Assembly (NCBI GenBank): GCA_030167865.1
Contig: JALAGF010004627.1
Coordinates: forward strand, 1-64,000
From: Craspedostauros australis
Taxonomy: Eukaryota
Direction of reading: 5' to 3'
DNA: 64,000 bases
Made by a program: the position numbers and the translations under genes. The notes beneath the pieces were generated by a model. The model saw nothing but the letters and a program-made list of their open reading frames with translations, did not search any database and had not been told where the DNA came from. Shown piece after piece: positions 1 through 12,666 of the stretch (within the stretch, counting starts at the first letter, position 1; each line of letters opens with the position of its first letter).

Positions 1-1292
1 ACAAATATGTGGTTGGTTAGTATGTAGGAGAGAAAATTTCTGGAGGCCAATAACGGAGTGCAGGTCGACTCACTCGGGGGGCTCATATCTTTCTGTTGTT
101 GTTGTTGTTGTTGTTGTGCGCACCTGCTTCTGCTCGTCCGATTACACGTAGTCACGCGCTGTTGCTCGTGGCAGGAAGCGTGTTCACCGTTCTCATCGCG
201 TGGATCGGCACAAGATCTCGTTCTTCGTTTTTGCGTTCGATTGACGTCATCAACCATCTCGTGCGGGACACGATTCTCGTGACTGATGTTGATCGTGTTT
301 GCTTTTGAATTTGCAATGCTTGAATTCATCCATGACTGCGAAGATATCCATGGAAGTCGTCTTTGTCGAGGACGGAGACGAATCCGAACTGTGATTTGAC
401 GAATTTCGCGGAAGTCTCCGCCCGTTTTACGTGGGGAACAGACACGGGAACATCACGCACTGAGTCGACAACATCTCCGACTCTTCTGGTGGCAACTTCG
501 TCGAGTTGCACATGTTACAACAGATTTGGATACCCGTTTTAACCGCTCAAATTTCGAAGTGGATGTCCTCGAATTTGACATTCTCCGCCAAATATGTCCA
601 CTGGGTCATCCACCTATCTGAATTAACGGCCGTGGCCGAAATCCCACCCATGTGACAACATGTGTGTGAGAGGAGTTGGCCACGCCGTCGCGCGATCATC
701 CCGCCACAATAACATGCGGAACAAACACGAAATCAGGTTTTTGGCACGACAAGATTCTGCTCAAGGCCACGATGATCGCAACATGACATGAAGAGAGCAC
801 AGGTTTTGTCAACACACGACCGCTTCCGACAAGACCATCATTGGTTTTCCCCACCGCCAACAACCGGGCGACCCAGCAACCGAAACGACGGCTTTGGTGA
901 TACACACACGCCGATAGCCACACACAACTTCAAACAACGGGCACGCTCGCCTCAAAGACCTCGCGATAGGACGACTGCAACGACGACACAAGATGCGAAG
1001 CAAACATCAAACTTGGGAAAGAGAATGTGAATCGAGTGGTTGCGCCCGTCCTCGCACTCGCACTCGCAGAGTGGAACAAACCAAAGACACGGAACACCCC
1101 CTTCGACACCCACGCTCACGACAAAAGATCATCATAATACTCATCTCGGGCACATCACCACTGTCATCATCGCCATCACCATCGTCGAACGAGATCAGCT
1201 GCCTGCCATAATCCGGTCACCCAAGCAGAAAACGGAAACCGCTACACGACAAACGACAAACGATTATCGTTCACCAAGCCAACATTAACAAG

Positions 1293-3892
1293 ATGCCGAT
1301 GACAAAGACAAGCATGATGGGCAAGCTGGCGATCGCCGTCGCTTGCATTGCTGCTCAGGTCGCATCAGAAGACCCCGGTCCATGCTACTCGTCGACAACC
1401 GAGATCCGCAGGGCTGAGCAACTGATCGGCAATACCGCGACGCAGCGTGTCTACACCATCTGCCCAGGAACAGAGCTCCGAATGGGACAGTTCGACGTCG
1501 ATAGCGAGCTCATCGACGACGGCAGCCGTACCTTCCATCCCCTTCCAGTCCGATCCAACATGGTCATCCGCTGCGGTCCTGACGGAAAGTCGAGCAACGA
1601 ATGCGTCTTCACCGGAGGCGATTATCACGTCGATGCAACCAACTTCCTGGGCATGGACGACGATATTGCCGAGAACGTTCGCTTTGAGGGTCTCACATTC
1701 GAGGACGCCAAGAGATACTCTGTCTGGGCCTCCATGAAGGGAGACATCACATTCAAGGACTGCATCTTCCAGGTATGTTCCTACGTGTGTGCTTGGACTT
1801 GGGCGTATGCCTACATTGACATCAGCACTGGCACCTGCGGTTGCGCTCAGTCAGGACAACAGAGGTCTCCTCTTCGTCCTCCGCTGCTGCTCGCGCCTTT
1901 CGTGCTTGGTGTTCTGTGTCACATCGCTGCATGCACCGAATTCATTGCTCTTTGGCCATTGTTTGCTCTTCTGGGTGGTGGACAACGAGACTGTTGGCAT
2001 GACACCATGCCCGCATGCGCAGTGGGACTCCGAGAGACTGCGACGAATGAGGAGAAGGCCGCGCGCGCCTTTTTGTATTTTTGCTCTTGTCAGCATTGTG
2101 TTCGCTTTTCCTCGTCATTTTTTGGTACCGACAACCATGACGGTTTCTGAGGATGGCAGCGCAAAACGCTGTCTGGCCACAAATTTGACACGATAGGCGA
2201 ACGGAAAATGTGGATCGGCTGGGCTCTGCTCTGCTCTTGTCCCATTTCAAAACACTGCCATGGAAGCTTGCTCGTGCAGCCTCTGCTTTGCCATTCACAT
2301 GTGTCTCCATTCTTATGGACGGGTGCACGTGCATGGCATGAGCAGTCGAGCAGTTGAGCAGCCGCTTACCAATCTCTCCTCGCATGCACACTGCACTCGG
2401 TAACACACGCTCTTTTGATTTGGTCTCACCCATCGTTCTTCATCATTTCTTCCTTTTTTCGATTCTTCCGCTCTACTTCATCATCAATGCTCGACTTCCA
2501 CTATGTTTGCAGGATCACAAAACAGCAATCGTTCCAGTACTTCTGGATTACACCGATCCAGAACAGCCCGAGTCTCATCTCTCCGTCACGTTCGAGCAAT
2601 GCAGCTTCACCGTAAGTCTACTTGCAGGTGGCAGGCTGGTTCCAGAACATTATGTCTCTCTGTCCCGCGTACATCTGCAACTATCCTTTTCACTCCCTGA
2701 CACTCTCCTTCCGCTTCTCGGTTCCATTGATTGCTGCCGAACCATCGATCGTCGATGACCATTGTGTCTTGGCGGTCTTGGATATGGCATCGTCCCCTTG
2801 CCAATCTTCGATCGCGATACTCAACCCGCGCGGCTCTACCCATGCTCTCACCCAAAATACGTGATCACAGAACAACCGCTTCTTTGGTATGGGATCCAAC
2901 ACAGCGATTGTATTCGGAAACGGCAACCAGAATCATCTGGACTTCCGCCAGACCACATTCACCAACAACAACATGCTCCACAACAATACTTTGGTAAGTT
3001 GCGATGGCATCGTCACGCACTGTGTTTGCCTATGAGGAGCTCTGCATGACAGAACCTGATGTGTGAATGAATGGCAGTTTCTTTGAAGCTGGCTGGTATT
3101 CTGCCTCTTCTTCATCCACTCATACCTTTCCCCTTCCATGGTTTATTTTCCACCACACGTCACACGCCACCACTCAACTGTGTCTCACACATTCGATGCC
3201 TCTGCCCTCACGACGAGCAGCAAGCCACCAGAAGCTTCCTCATCGAGACGTTGGGACCGCTCAACGTCGAATTCAGCTGCTTCACCGACAACCAGCTCGG
3301 TGTGTCCCCCATCTCTGTCTTCGGAAACACCTTCACCTCCAGCGAGAACTATGCCGTCAGCAGTAGCAGCAACATTGTGACATCCGACACCCAGTACTGC
3401 TCGTTCGCTTCCGTCTTCGAGACCCTTCAGCAGTTCGAAGACTTCAATCCAGTCTGTGCCCAGGCAACAGCGACTAGCTGCAAGTCTGAGAGCACTGATG
3501 CACCAACGAGCGCACCAACTATGGAGCCATCGGAGATGCCAACCATCGCACCAACGGCAGTCCCAACCCGGGCACCAACCACCTCGCCAAGCGGAGCGCC
3601 ATCCAGCATCCCAACCATCTCACCAACGGCAGTCCCAACAGGCGCTCCATCAGCAACCCCAAGCAACACGCCAAGTGCCCAGCCAAGCGTGGGCCCAACC
3701 GCGACACCGACTTCCATGCCAACCCGTTCGCCGACTTCCACCTTCGTCTTCAACACCGAACAACCGACTGCCAACACTGACCGATCTATCAATGGTGCCG
3801 AAGGTGGTGACGACGGCAGCGGCAGCAACAGCATCAGCATGATGGCATCGGCTGTGGCGATGCTTGCCGCGATCATCGGCCTCCTCCTTTAA
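1293..3892 (+). CDS. Secreted, probably GPI-anchored cell-surface protein with a P/T/S-rich stalk (~457 aa, 4 exons: 1293-1772, 2513-2611, 2871-2993, 3221-3892)
   Basis: N-terminal signal peptide (LAIAVACIAAQVAS). Three GT..AG introns, all phase 0, join one continuous frame. Right-handed beta-helix-like repeats (VRFEGLTF, ITFKDCIF, VTFEQCSF, LDFRQTTF). (APT/SPS)n stalk. G/S-rich linker followed by a hydrophobic C-terminus. Confidence 0.8.
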
Positions 3893-5331
3893 TTGCCGCG
3901 TCCATACAGCATCGACAGCAGCAACAACAGCAACAAGAACGATGGATGACAACGACAGCAAATGCTGAGCATCCACGCCTACCAATTAATGGACCAATAA
4001 CTGGCACCACCCGAAAATCGAACAGAACACAATCTTCCACCGCAAGCTGCACATCCTGGTGCACTTGCTTTTACGTCAAATCCGCATCCACTTGCCATCT
4101 CTGCCTGTGGATGTCCAAAGTGACACAACCTCGTACTTGACAGTACTATAATGTGGTGAATTTGCGGACAAATGAATCAACATATTGCGCCGCACGGATA
4201 CAAGCCATACATGAGATAAAACAGAGACACGGAACTATTCGATACAGGCATACTCGTACCTTCCAGAAATAAACAACACATCCTGGGGAACATGAGAGGA
4301 CACTGATTGCCAAGCCACGCTTTGCATGCCCCCGTTATTTGGGCGGCGCAGCGCAGAACAACACAGCAGACGAAGCATCAACAGTCCAAGTTTATGTAAA
4401 GATAGTAGAGCAAAGCAGCAACATACAATAATCAATGAGCCCTCGGGTCATTCATCACGCGAGCGCTGCGAACTGCGGAGTGGCAACAAACAGTCAACAC
4501 ACTCTTGTGTACATGAATGAACGAATGAAGCTGTTACAAGATGTGCAAAACTTCAGCGCTCCACTGATGTGACGCCTTGGTAGGATCCCTTCCTCTCCCG
4601 TGACATGTGGCATGTTACCATGCTCGGAGGTGGCAAACGGATGGCATCGACGATTTCATCGCCAACTCCACTTTGGGCATTTGACGGTCGGTTTGCTCCC
4701 TCCACGGCGCTGTCATTTGGTTCCCGCAACACGTTCGTTCCTTGTGGGAGTATGGTGTTTCAGTGTTGGATCCCACACAAGTTGTGGGGCGCAGCGTCCA
4801 CGATCATGTCCCATGTTCGATGGCACATGGCACGTGGCGCAAAGCTGATGCTGGCGCCAATGCCCACGTCAATTTTTGTGTGTTCCGGTTGCAATCGTGG
4901 ATGTGGATCGCTTCCGCAATCACATTCGCCAAATCTCCATCGTGCTTCTCGAATCGTGTCTGTTTCGGCTGCACCAATTATAATCCGCCAAGTTCCGATT
5001 TCCATTTTATCCTATCGGTCGATTGCAAACGTGGACACGCCTAATCACGTCTCAAAGCGAGAATCGCAACCAAACAAGCGAACAACGAGGGGACGCGCAT
5101 TCTTTGTGTGTGCGTTGATCCTTTTTTGGTTGATGTCACCATCAACGATACTCTGCGCGGATCGCGACCACCACCACCACCACCACCACCACAGACCACA
5201 AGTCCGAACACACGAAGCAACAAACGATCGGGCCGACCGAGCCGACAGGAAAGATCGTTTGGAGCATTGAGAAAAAAACAGTCCTCGCAGATCTGTCGCG
5301 CAATCGAGATTGCGCCGCAAAGCACCCCACG

Positions 5332-6660
5332 ATGTCCAAGTTCTGGAGATCATCAGGTTCATCAGGTTCCTCAAGTTCATCGTCGTCGGAAGAGTCGGAT
5401 GTGGGCGCAGATTCGGCAGCAGCATCTGGTGAATGGTCGGAGGCATCTCGCTCTGCGCCTGCAACGGCACCAGCGTCGAGCGAAATGGAGGATGGACAAG
5501 TCGGCGATCCTCGCGGTCTCTTGTCATCGGACTTGTTGTCATCACGGCGACAGCGGGAGGAGCAGATAGATGATGCGGACGCCAAGGAAGATGAAGCCTC
5601 AGACCAGACCGATGCATGGCGGAGGATCAAGTCTAGCCAGGTGTTTGCGGCCGTTCCCAAATCAACCAAAGTCAAACCAAGCGACTGCACGAGGTTGGTT
5701 TGCATCAGCGACACTCACGGCAAGCACAACGATGTCATCCTGCCACCCGGCGATATCCTGCTGCATGCCGGGGACTTCACCAAGAGCGGCGAGGTGGGCA
5801 CCATGCGAGATCTCAACAGGTACTTCGAAGCGTCCGGCTTTGATGAAGTCGTGTGCATCGCCGGCAATCACGACATGACGTTGCATCCCGAATTCTATGA
5901 AACGAACTGGAGACGCTTTCACACGAAGAAATTCGACACTCAAGCTGCCTCGGTTGCATTGACGTCGTGTACGTACCTGCGCGATGAGGAATGCACGAGC
6001 GGAGGGTTGCGGATGCATGGCACCCCATGGTCACCAGAATTCTTCAACTGGGCTTTCAACCTGACGCGAGGTCCAGAAATCCGCAAGCTGTGGCAGGCCA
6101 TACCAGACCGTGCCGACGTGCTGTTGGTTCACGGCCCGCCGTTGGGCCGCGGTGACATTACCACCTCCGGCGTACGTGCCGGGTGCCTCGATTTGCTGGA
6201 GGAAATTCAGGATCGCATCCAACCTCGGCTGACTGTGTTCGGGCACATCCACGAAGGTGCGGGGGTGTCGTTCGATGGGACGACGATCTACGCCAACGCA
6301 AGTTCGTTGGATCGCAAGTACCGCACATCGCACTTCCCAATCGTCATCGATGTGCCACACGATACCTCAAAGCCAGCCATGCTGGTGGAACCAGAGTGCA
6401 CGCTGACTTTTGACGACTTCATCAATTGGTTGCAACGCCGTGGACATGGAAACTTGGTCGAGCATTGTGGCGTGTTGGGCAGCGGAGACGGGGCAAGCAA
6501 GCAATACGCACAGGACAAGAGCAGGATCACGGGCAACGCTCTATTCGAATCTGAGAACTTCTTCACCACGTGCTCCTTGCTCGGGATCCACCATCTGGGA
6601 AAGCAGGGATCCCAACAGCTCCATGGCGCAGTCGCGGAGTTGTATGCAGAATCATTCTGA
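5332..6660 (+). CDS. Calcineurin-like metallophosphoesterase (MPPED1/239FB-like)
   Basis: Motifs ISDTH, HAGDFT, IAGNHD, HGPP and FGHIHE in a 442-aa ORF. Confidence 0.9.
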   Translation: MSKFWRSSGSSGSSSSSSSEESDVGADSAAASGEWSEASRSAPATAPASSEMEDGQVGDPRGLLSSDLLSSRRQREEQIDDADAKEDEASDQTDAWRRIKSSQVFAAVPKSTKVKPSDCTRLVCISDTHGKHNDVILPPGDILLHAGDFTKSGEVGTMRDLNRYFEASGFDEVVCIAGNHDMTLHPEFYETNWRRFHTKKFDTQAASVALTSCTYLRDEECTSGGLRMHGTPWSPEFFNWAFNLTRGPEIRKLWQAIPDRADVLLVHGPPLGRGDITTSGVRAGCLDLLEEIQDRIQPRLTVFGHIHEGAGVSFDGTTIYANASSLDRKYRTSHFPIVIDVPHDTSKPAMLVEPECTLTFDDFINWLQRRGHGNLVEHCGVLGSGDGASKQYAQDKSRITGNALFESENFFTTCSLLGIHHLGKQGSQQLHGAVAELYAESF

Positions 6661-6898
6661 GTCGATTCAGACAGCGACGACTGATCACAACTACTCTCCT
6701 TCGAGTCCCCCGGTGTCTCTAATGCAAGCTGACTGCGTGCTCGTAGGACACACAAGCAGGCAAACACCGACGTTTACTAATACTACTATATTATGGAGGA
6801 CTCTACACAAAGATGCCGAGCAAGAGCGATGATAGTAATAAATAGCGTTAGCAGATAGTAGCATCCATGTCCACATCCATGTTCACATCCGTGTCCAC

Positions 6899-8494
6899 TT
6901 ATGTGAAGGTGGCAGCAGCCAACAAGGCTGCACCGTAGCTTGCTTCCGTGCTGTCAGCCTTCAGCACATCGATCGATGCGCCGTCATGGAACGCTTCATT
7001 GAGACGGCGCTTCCTCAGCTTGCTCCACATATCGTTCCTGGAACCGCCTCCGCAGGTGTACACGGTGGTGGGTTGGGAGGATCCAAGCTCCTTCAGGACC
7101 TGGAATCCATCGCGCTCGACATCGCCGATCGACTGCAGGATGCCATGCAGATACTCCTGCCTGCTATCTGGGACAGGTTCCAGGACAGGTTCCTTGCTGC
7201 CGTCAGCAATCGGAAAGCGTTCGCCGACCTTCGTGAGAGGGTAGTACGATAACGGACTATCCGTATTCGGATCGATGATGGCGCTGAGTTCCTGGAGTTC
7301 ATCGACGCTGAAGTCCAGCTGCCTCAAGATCGCGCACCCGACGTTGCTGGCACCGCCAACAAGCCAGGCATCTTCATCCGCACCTGAAAAGGTTGGAAAC
7401 CTGTGGCTGTAGACGCCGCGATCCGCATCCTCGACGTAGGTTTCGCTGAGCTGCTTCATCGCAAGAGTGCTGCCCAGTGATGTCACTGCCGTCCCGAATG
7501 CAGGCTTCGTGCCAGCCGCCGCAAAGAATGCAGCATTGGAATCGGTGGTGCCACCAACAATGGTGGTCCCAGCCGGCAGTCCGAACCTTTGGCACATCCG
7601 ATCGCACACCGTCCCCATCTGTTTGCCTGGCGACACCACACCCATTGGGATGGGCGTCTTCGCTGGTTGGTGCGTGTCGACAATTCCAGCATCTTCAAAG
7701 CATTGATCCATCCAGCGTGGCCACGCCTTGTTGCGAACGTCGTATCCCAATTTCAAGCAGTTGTGCCAGTCGCTGCTGACCGGCGTTGCTTTGCCCATGA
7801 GGTTTGCCGAAATGAAGTCCGATTGGTGACACAGCACTTCATCCGATGACAAGGGCCGTTCCTTGGCCCAGGATAAGAGCTTGGCAAGCGATCCCGTCTT
7901 GGCGCGGGCCGTGTGCCTGGGTGGCGCATACTTGTCGAGCAGGTCCACAGCGTGCTGACCAGCCGCGCGTTCCTCATCGGTGCTCGCACTTCCGACAACA
8001 TCGTAGTTGTACATGCGCGGTGGCCTCGTCATCTCCAGCGTGTGCTTGTCAACCAGCAAGCAGCTGGCGGATGTGCCCGAAATGCACATGGAAACCACCT
8101 GCGCCAGCTTGTCGTCCTTGGCAGCGCCATCCAGCAAGGTCTCCACCGCCTTCCACCACGCATCCGCATCGTCGTATCCTCCTATGTCGAGAGTTTGGTC
8201 GTTCCATGTGATGGCCTGCGTGTACACCTCCTCGAATGGCTCCGTGGCGGCGCTGTTCGTCGCAGGTTCGATGATGGAGATTCTGGCCCCGGATGTGCCC
8301 AGATCGAATCCAACGAAGCGTCCGCCTTGCGATTGCTTGTTGGTGGCTGCAGATGGCGTGGATGCCGACATTGCCAATGCCTGGGCCTGGTGCTCTTGCT
8401 GCGATAGAAGGACAGCGAACGTGCCAATGCTGATGATGCATGAAGAGACCATGAGAGTGCTGATCATGGTGGTGGTCCTGCTTCGTAAATACAT
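6899..8494 (-). CDS. FGGY-family carbohydrate kinase (D-ribulose/xylulose kinase-like), probably organelle-targeted
   Basis: GFDLGTSGAR, GTTDSNAA, TSLGSTL, GGASNVG, GGGSRN and EASYGAA motifs. Hydrophobic leader. Start at ATG 8494 or 8467 is uncertain. Confidence 0.88.
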   Translation of the reverse strand: MYLRSRTTTMISTLMVSSCIISIGTFAVLLSQQEHQAQALAMSASTPSAATNKQSQGGRFVGFDLGTSGARISIIEPATNSAATEPFEEVYTQAITWNDQTLDIGGYDDADAWWKAVETLLDGAAKDDKLAQVVSMCISGTSASCLLVDKHTLEMTRPPRMYNYDVVGSASTDEERAAGQHAVDLLDKYAPPRHTARAKTGSLAKLLSWAKERPLSSDEVLCHQSDFISANLMGKATPVSSDWHNCLKLGYDVRNKAWPRWMDQCFEDAGIVDTHQPAKTPIPMGVVSPGKQMGTVCDRMCQRFGLPAGTTIVGGTTDSNAAFFAAAGTKPAFGTAVTSLGSTLAMKQLSETYVEDADRGVYSHRFPTFSGADEDAWLVGGASNVGCAILRQLDFSVDELQELSAIIDPNTDSPLSYYPLTKVGERFPIADGSKEPVLEPVPDSRQEYLHGILQSIGDVERDGFQVLKELGSSQPTTVYTCGGGSRNDMWSKLRKRRLNEAFHDGASIDVLKADSTEASYGAALLAAATFT

Positions 8495-9072
8495 GTTGTA
8501 CGAGCAGCTCGTAAGCACGCGAAGAAGACCGATGTATGGCACAGCACTACTCCTCCACAATGGATACCCGGAGGCGTTTGCGTATTCGTAGCTCTTTTGG
8601 ATGATGGATGAAGAGCAATGGGATGTGAGGACAATCAAGGGAACCGACCCCGCTTGTTGCGCCGCCGTTCGCCTGTCTTGGCCATCAACAAAGATCTGTT
8701 TGTTTCCGTGTCTGTGTGTGCGTTGTAGTTGTGCCGATTGGCGAATAGGCCTTTTTCAGTCCATCACAACAAAAGATTCAGATTTTCTGCGGTGTTCTCC
8801 TTTCTTCGACTTTTGTGGCAAAGTTTTCGCCGCAGAGAGAAGGGGGAATGACCAACAACCACAACAGCATTGTCCGAACCACAAGTCACCTCGGGTGCGC
8901 CAAGGCGAAGGACACATCAAGGATCGCAGCTGTCCAGGTCTGCTTCTGTCCGCTGCTATTTCTTCTTCCTCCTTGTGTGGTGCTGTGAATGTTGACTTGG
9001 CGTCGACGTTTTGTCAACATCTGTACAATCTACTGATTGCATCTGATCGTCATCAGGGAAGTACGCGGACGG

Positions 9073-12000
9073 ATGGTCAGTGACAGGACCATTATCAACA
9101 ACCAACAAGTCCACGAGCTATCGCCTGTCCTTCAGTGCCGTCCTCCAACCCGCGCATCAACGCTGTTGCATACTATACATACTGCTCGTGCTCCCAGAGC
9201 GGAGGATCAAGCATCAAGCATCACTGGACGGCCAGACTCCTTCTGCTCTCCAAATCCCTACCATACCCGAGCTAACCAACCGGGTTACATCACCATCGAA
9301 CTGGAATCATCCGCGGACGACTCGGGAGACGAGACACCGCAGACAACGGCAGAAATGACTTCGTCGGGATCAGCAACGCCGCATGGCGACGATCACAGCG
9401 TCACGAGTGAACGAGACAATGACGCCCTCAGCGACAGTCACCAAGACCAACATCATGAGCACGATCAACGCCATTTGAATGAGCACGATCAACACCACGA
9501 GCACGAACATGAGCACGACGATGACTGGAGCAGGAAGGTGGAGACGGACGAGACCACCGCGCACTCTGGCATTGACTTCCCAACTCGGGCGGAGACGGTC
9601 ACCAGCACGCCAATGGGAGCCGCATCCATGACAGCGATTGCTGGAGATCACGACGTGGGCGACGCCCTCATGGGCCAGCCGGCTATTGCATCGCTGGGAT
9701 TGGCTCCCAAACGCGACGAGCCCACGCTCAAGGAGATCCTGGTGGAGCGGGAACGGCAGAAACGGTTGGAATCGGAACGGGCGCGGTTGAAGAGACAGTT
9801 TGCGTTGGCCAGCAGTGGCAGGGGAGCTGCTGACGATGACGCCAGCCTGGGCCTCCACGATGCAACGCTGATCAGAGAGCACGGCAGCGTGCAGGGGACG
9901 GTGGGCGATGAGAGCACCATCGCCCATGCCGAGTTGGATGACAACGACGAACGCAAGCTCACCTACCCAATGGAACGATTCTTGCAGGAGCAGGAGTCGC
10001 AGGTTGCCGGTGCTCCGCAAACACCGCCCTCCGACGCGCCATCGGTGACACAGTCGATCTCACGAGCGGACCAAGCACTCGCAATGTCAGCAACACCCGA
10101 GAGCGAAGCGGCGCAGGATCTGGTCTGTCGCGATGCAGTCTCGACGGCAACGCCGGAAGCATCTTCAATCCACCGCTCTCAAGAGGATGCATCTCTTGAT
10201 GCACGCCCGGTGACCAGCGACGATGATGACAATGCTGCTAATGCTAACGCTCGCACAGACAATGGCGTCCTCATGGAACGATTCCTCACCCAACCCGTCG
10301 AGCTGGGATCGTTGGAGGACCGACCCGCTGATGTGGCCTCGCAGCGCACCGTGTCGTTTGACATGGGACAAGAAACCCCCGACAGGAGCCGAGCTGTGGC
10401 TTCTGGCAGGACAACGCCGGCCGACGAACCCCGAGACGAACTCCTGCACGCGTCAACGGATGTCATGACTTCAATGTCCTCGCTGCCTCCGATTGGTCAG
10501 ATCATCCCCAGTGTAGACCTGCCATCAGGGACAGCGCCAGCGACAACGGAAGGCGCACTGTCAGAAACAGCTGCAGCTGCCGCCGGTGCAGGAAGAGGCG
10601 ATGCAGGAGGAGCAGGTCTCAACGCTGGAGCGTCACTTCAACAGCGACAGCGCCACGAAACGCCGCCTTTGACACCAGACCATCTCGTGCCGGAGATAAT
10701 CACAAACCGCCACGATGGCAGCCCGACCCAAGACAGCCCATCTCTCGGAGTCTCATCCATTGCATCAGATCAACCACGTCTGCTCAGATTGACCGAGGCG
10801 GAGATCCAGGAAATGGCAGCGATCGAAGAGGTCAGCACCGGAAACGCCCCTCCGTCCGAGAGAGGCGATATTTCGGAGTCATCGTTTGTGGGGGAACTCA
10901 TGGGCGACTTTGGACCAAACGTGGACCCTGCCGGCACGCTTAGCCAGGGAACTACTGCCACCGCCGTCGAGTCCATCTCGGTGCGAAGCGGCAACCCAAG
11001 TGCCATGCATTCAATCGAACACTCCCATGATCACGATCATGATCACCAAAGCCTCGATGGGATGGGCGGTGCACCATCGATCTCCGACCATTCCAACATA
11101 CTCGCGTCCAGCGTCACAGCGAACCCGCCCAGTGTCATCGAACCGGACAACCAAGGTCCTGCGTTCGCTCCAGATGATATCAACCCTTCGACGAGCGATT
11201 CTCTGGCTGACAACATCAGCGACGGCAACGTCTCCAACACACCCCCAGGACGCGCTTCAGTGCCAGATTCAGGATCGCCGGAGCTCCAAGCGCAGCTCGG
11301 GGCCCAACCATCGTCGGACGAGCCAATCCATGCAACTGCTCCAAGTTCGGAAAGCAATGCTGTCATCCGCCAACTAGCATCGGTCGACGAAATCGAGCCT
11401 GACATCGCCGAAGTGGTGAACAGGCGAATCCGACCGGGCATGGTGTCGCTGCTTCCCGGCCAACGGCGATCGGCCAGAGACCTCAACGCTGACGTGCTGG
11501 AGTCCCCGGTGCGCCGCGTAGCATCGGTCCCCGTCAACATGGACATCAACGTCGATGGGTTTGATTACGACAAGTTCGCGCCGCTCTCTCCCAACTCCAA
11601 GTTCTCAGACTCCTTGCGAGATCTGCCACCAGATGTATGGAGCCCGGCCGGAAAGATGGCCATCTCTCCATTGCAAATGGCCCGCAAGCCCATCGTAGTG
11701 CCTGAAACCGCGCAAGCAATGCCCATGTCGATGTCGATGCCAAGACCGTTGCCAACACCAGATGAAATCGAGATTCGTGAGTCGCCGGTGTACGGATCAA
11801 CTGAAGACATTGACAGAATGCTGCGAGACAGCAAGCCACCAGCTGTGAAACGATCCTCAGAAGCACTGGAACATGGTCAACCAATCAGTGAAGAAACGCC
11901 GCTTTTGTCGGCTTCAGGTATACCCAGAGAGATCGTGGCCAACAGCTGGGATTCGAAGCAGAAAGATGAAGACAAGCAGGCGCAGCAGCAAGGCCCATCG

Positions 12001-12666
12001 CCGTCGAATCTCCCCACATCAGCATCACCCTCCGAGACAGATTCTCCCATTCAACGAACGTGTTTCTCCGCCACAAAATTCACAGTAGCAACGGTGGCCG
12101 TGGAGTTGATAGTGGTATGGATCCTGACCAGTTGGTCGTCAAGCCTTTGCACCACCTTGGGACTTCGGCGGTTGTTCACTCTGATGATTCTGCTCCCACT
12201 ACAACTGGCGCAAACGAGCAGCGTTGGATTGCAGCAAATGCACGCGACAGACTCCCAGCTCAGGCGAGCTCCTGGTTCCCTGATGTCGTACGAAGACAAG
12301 CAAGAATGGGCCCGGCAGAAACTCATAGATGCCTGCCGTACTGGTGCAGCAGTGAGCATCTTGCTGGCAGCCATCGTGCTATCCATGAGTGATTTTGACG
12401 TTCTATTCGCATTATCCGTCGCCACCGGCGGAGTGCTGAGCACCGTTGCTTCTGGTTTCGTCGGTGTCGTGGTCGCCTTCCACCTAACAAAGCTGGACGA
12501 CAATGACATGGAGATTGCTCGGGCGGGCATGATGGCAGTTCACAATGTCGTCTGCGTGGCGGTGATGATTCTATCAGTCATCGTCTTCTTCAACGTATTC
12601 GATGATGCCCAAGATCTTGGTGCAGCTTCCATGGAGATCGAGTGCCAGAATCTTCTGGGCAACTAG
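9073..12666 (+). CDS. Large acidic/disordered protein with a C-terminal multi-TM domain resembling a degenerate MgtE/SLC41 membrane domain
   Basis: Open frame of about 1200 codons, about 1000 aa low-complexity, then about 5 hydrophobic helices. LLPLQLAQTSSVGLQQ loosely matches MgtE P-x-GNxGxQ. Start uncertain (9073 or 9355). Confidence 0.65.
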   Translation: MVSDRTIINNQQVHELSPVLQCRPPTRASTLLHTIHTARAPRAEDQASSITGRPDSFCSPNPYHTRANQPGYITIELESSADDSGDETPQTTAEMTSSGSATPHGDDHSVTSERDNDALSDSHQDQHHEHDQRHLNEHDQHHEHEHEHDDDWSRKVETDETTAHSGIDFPTRAETVTSTPMGAASMTAIAGDHDVGDALMGQPAIASLGLAPKRDEPTLKEILVERERQKRLESERARLKRQFALASSGRGAADDDASLGLHDATLIREHGSVQGTVGDESTIAHAELDDNDERKLTYPMERFLQEQESQVAGAPQTPPSDAPSVTQSISRADQALAMSATPESEAAQDLVCRDAVSTATPEASSIHRSQEDASLDARPVTSDDDDNAANANARTDNGVLMERFLTQPVELGSLEDRPADVASQRTVSFDMGQETPDRSRAVASGRTTPADEPRDELLHASTDVMTSMSSLPPIGQIIPSVDLPSGTAPATTEGALSETAAAAAGAGRGDAGGAGLNAGASLQQRQRHETPPLTPDHLVPEIITNRHDGSPTQDSPSLGVSSIASDQPRLLRLTEAEIQEMAAIEEVSTGNAPPSERGDISESSFVGELMGDFGPNVDPAGTLSQGTTATAVESISVRSGNPSAMHSIEHSHDHDHDHQSLDGMGGAPSISDHSNILASSVTANPPSVIEPDNQGPAFAPDDINPSTSDSLADNISDGNVSNTPPGRASVPDSGSPELQAQLGAQPSSDEPIHATAPSSESNAVIRQLASVDEIEPDIAEVVNRRIRPGMVSLLPGQRRSARDLNADVLESPVRRVASVPVNMDINVDGFDYDKFAPLSPNSKFSDSLRDLPPDVWSPAGKMAISPLQMARKPIVVPETAQAMPMSMSMPRPLPTPDEIEIRESPVYGSTEDIDRMLRDSKPPAVKRSSEALEHGQPISEETPLLSASGIPREIVANSWDSKQKDEDKQAQQQGPSPSNLPTSASPSETDSPIQRTCFSATKFTVATVAVELIVVWILTSWSSSLCTTLGLRRLFTLMILLPLQLAQTSSVGLQQMHATDSQLRRAPGSLMSYEDKQEWARQKLIDACRTGAAVSILLAAIVLSMSDFDVLFALSVATGGVLSTVASGFVGVVVAFHLTKLDDNDMEIARAGMMAVHNVVCVAVMILSVIVFFNVFDDAQDLGAASMEIECQNLLGN

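Noticed and set aside
3500-3740. Repeated CCAAC/GCACCAAC motifs resembling an array
   Set aside because: They encode the P/T/S stalk of the surface protein. Not CRISPR or a non-coding repeat.
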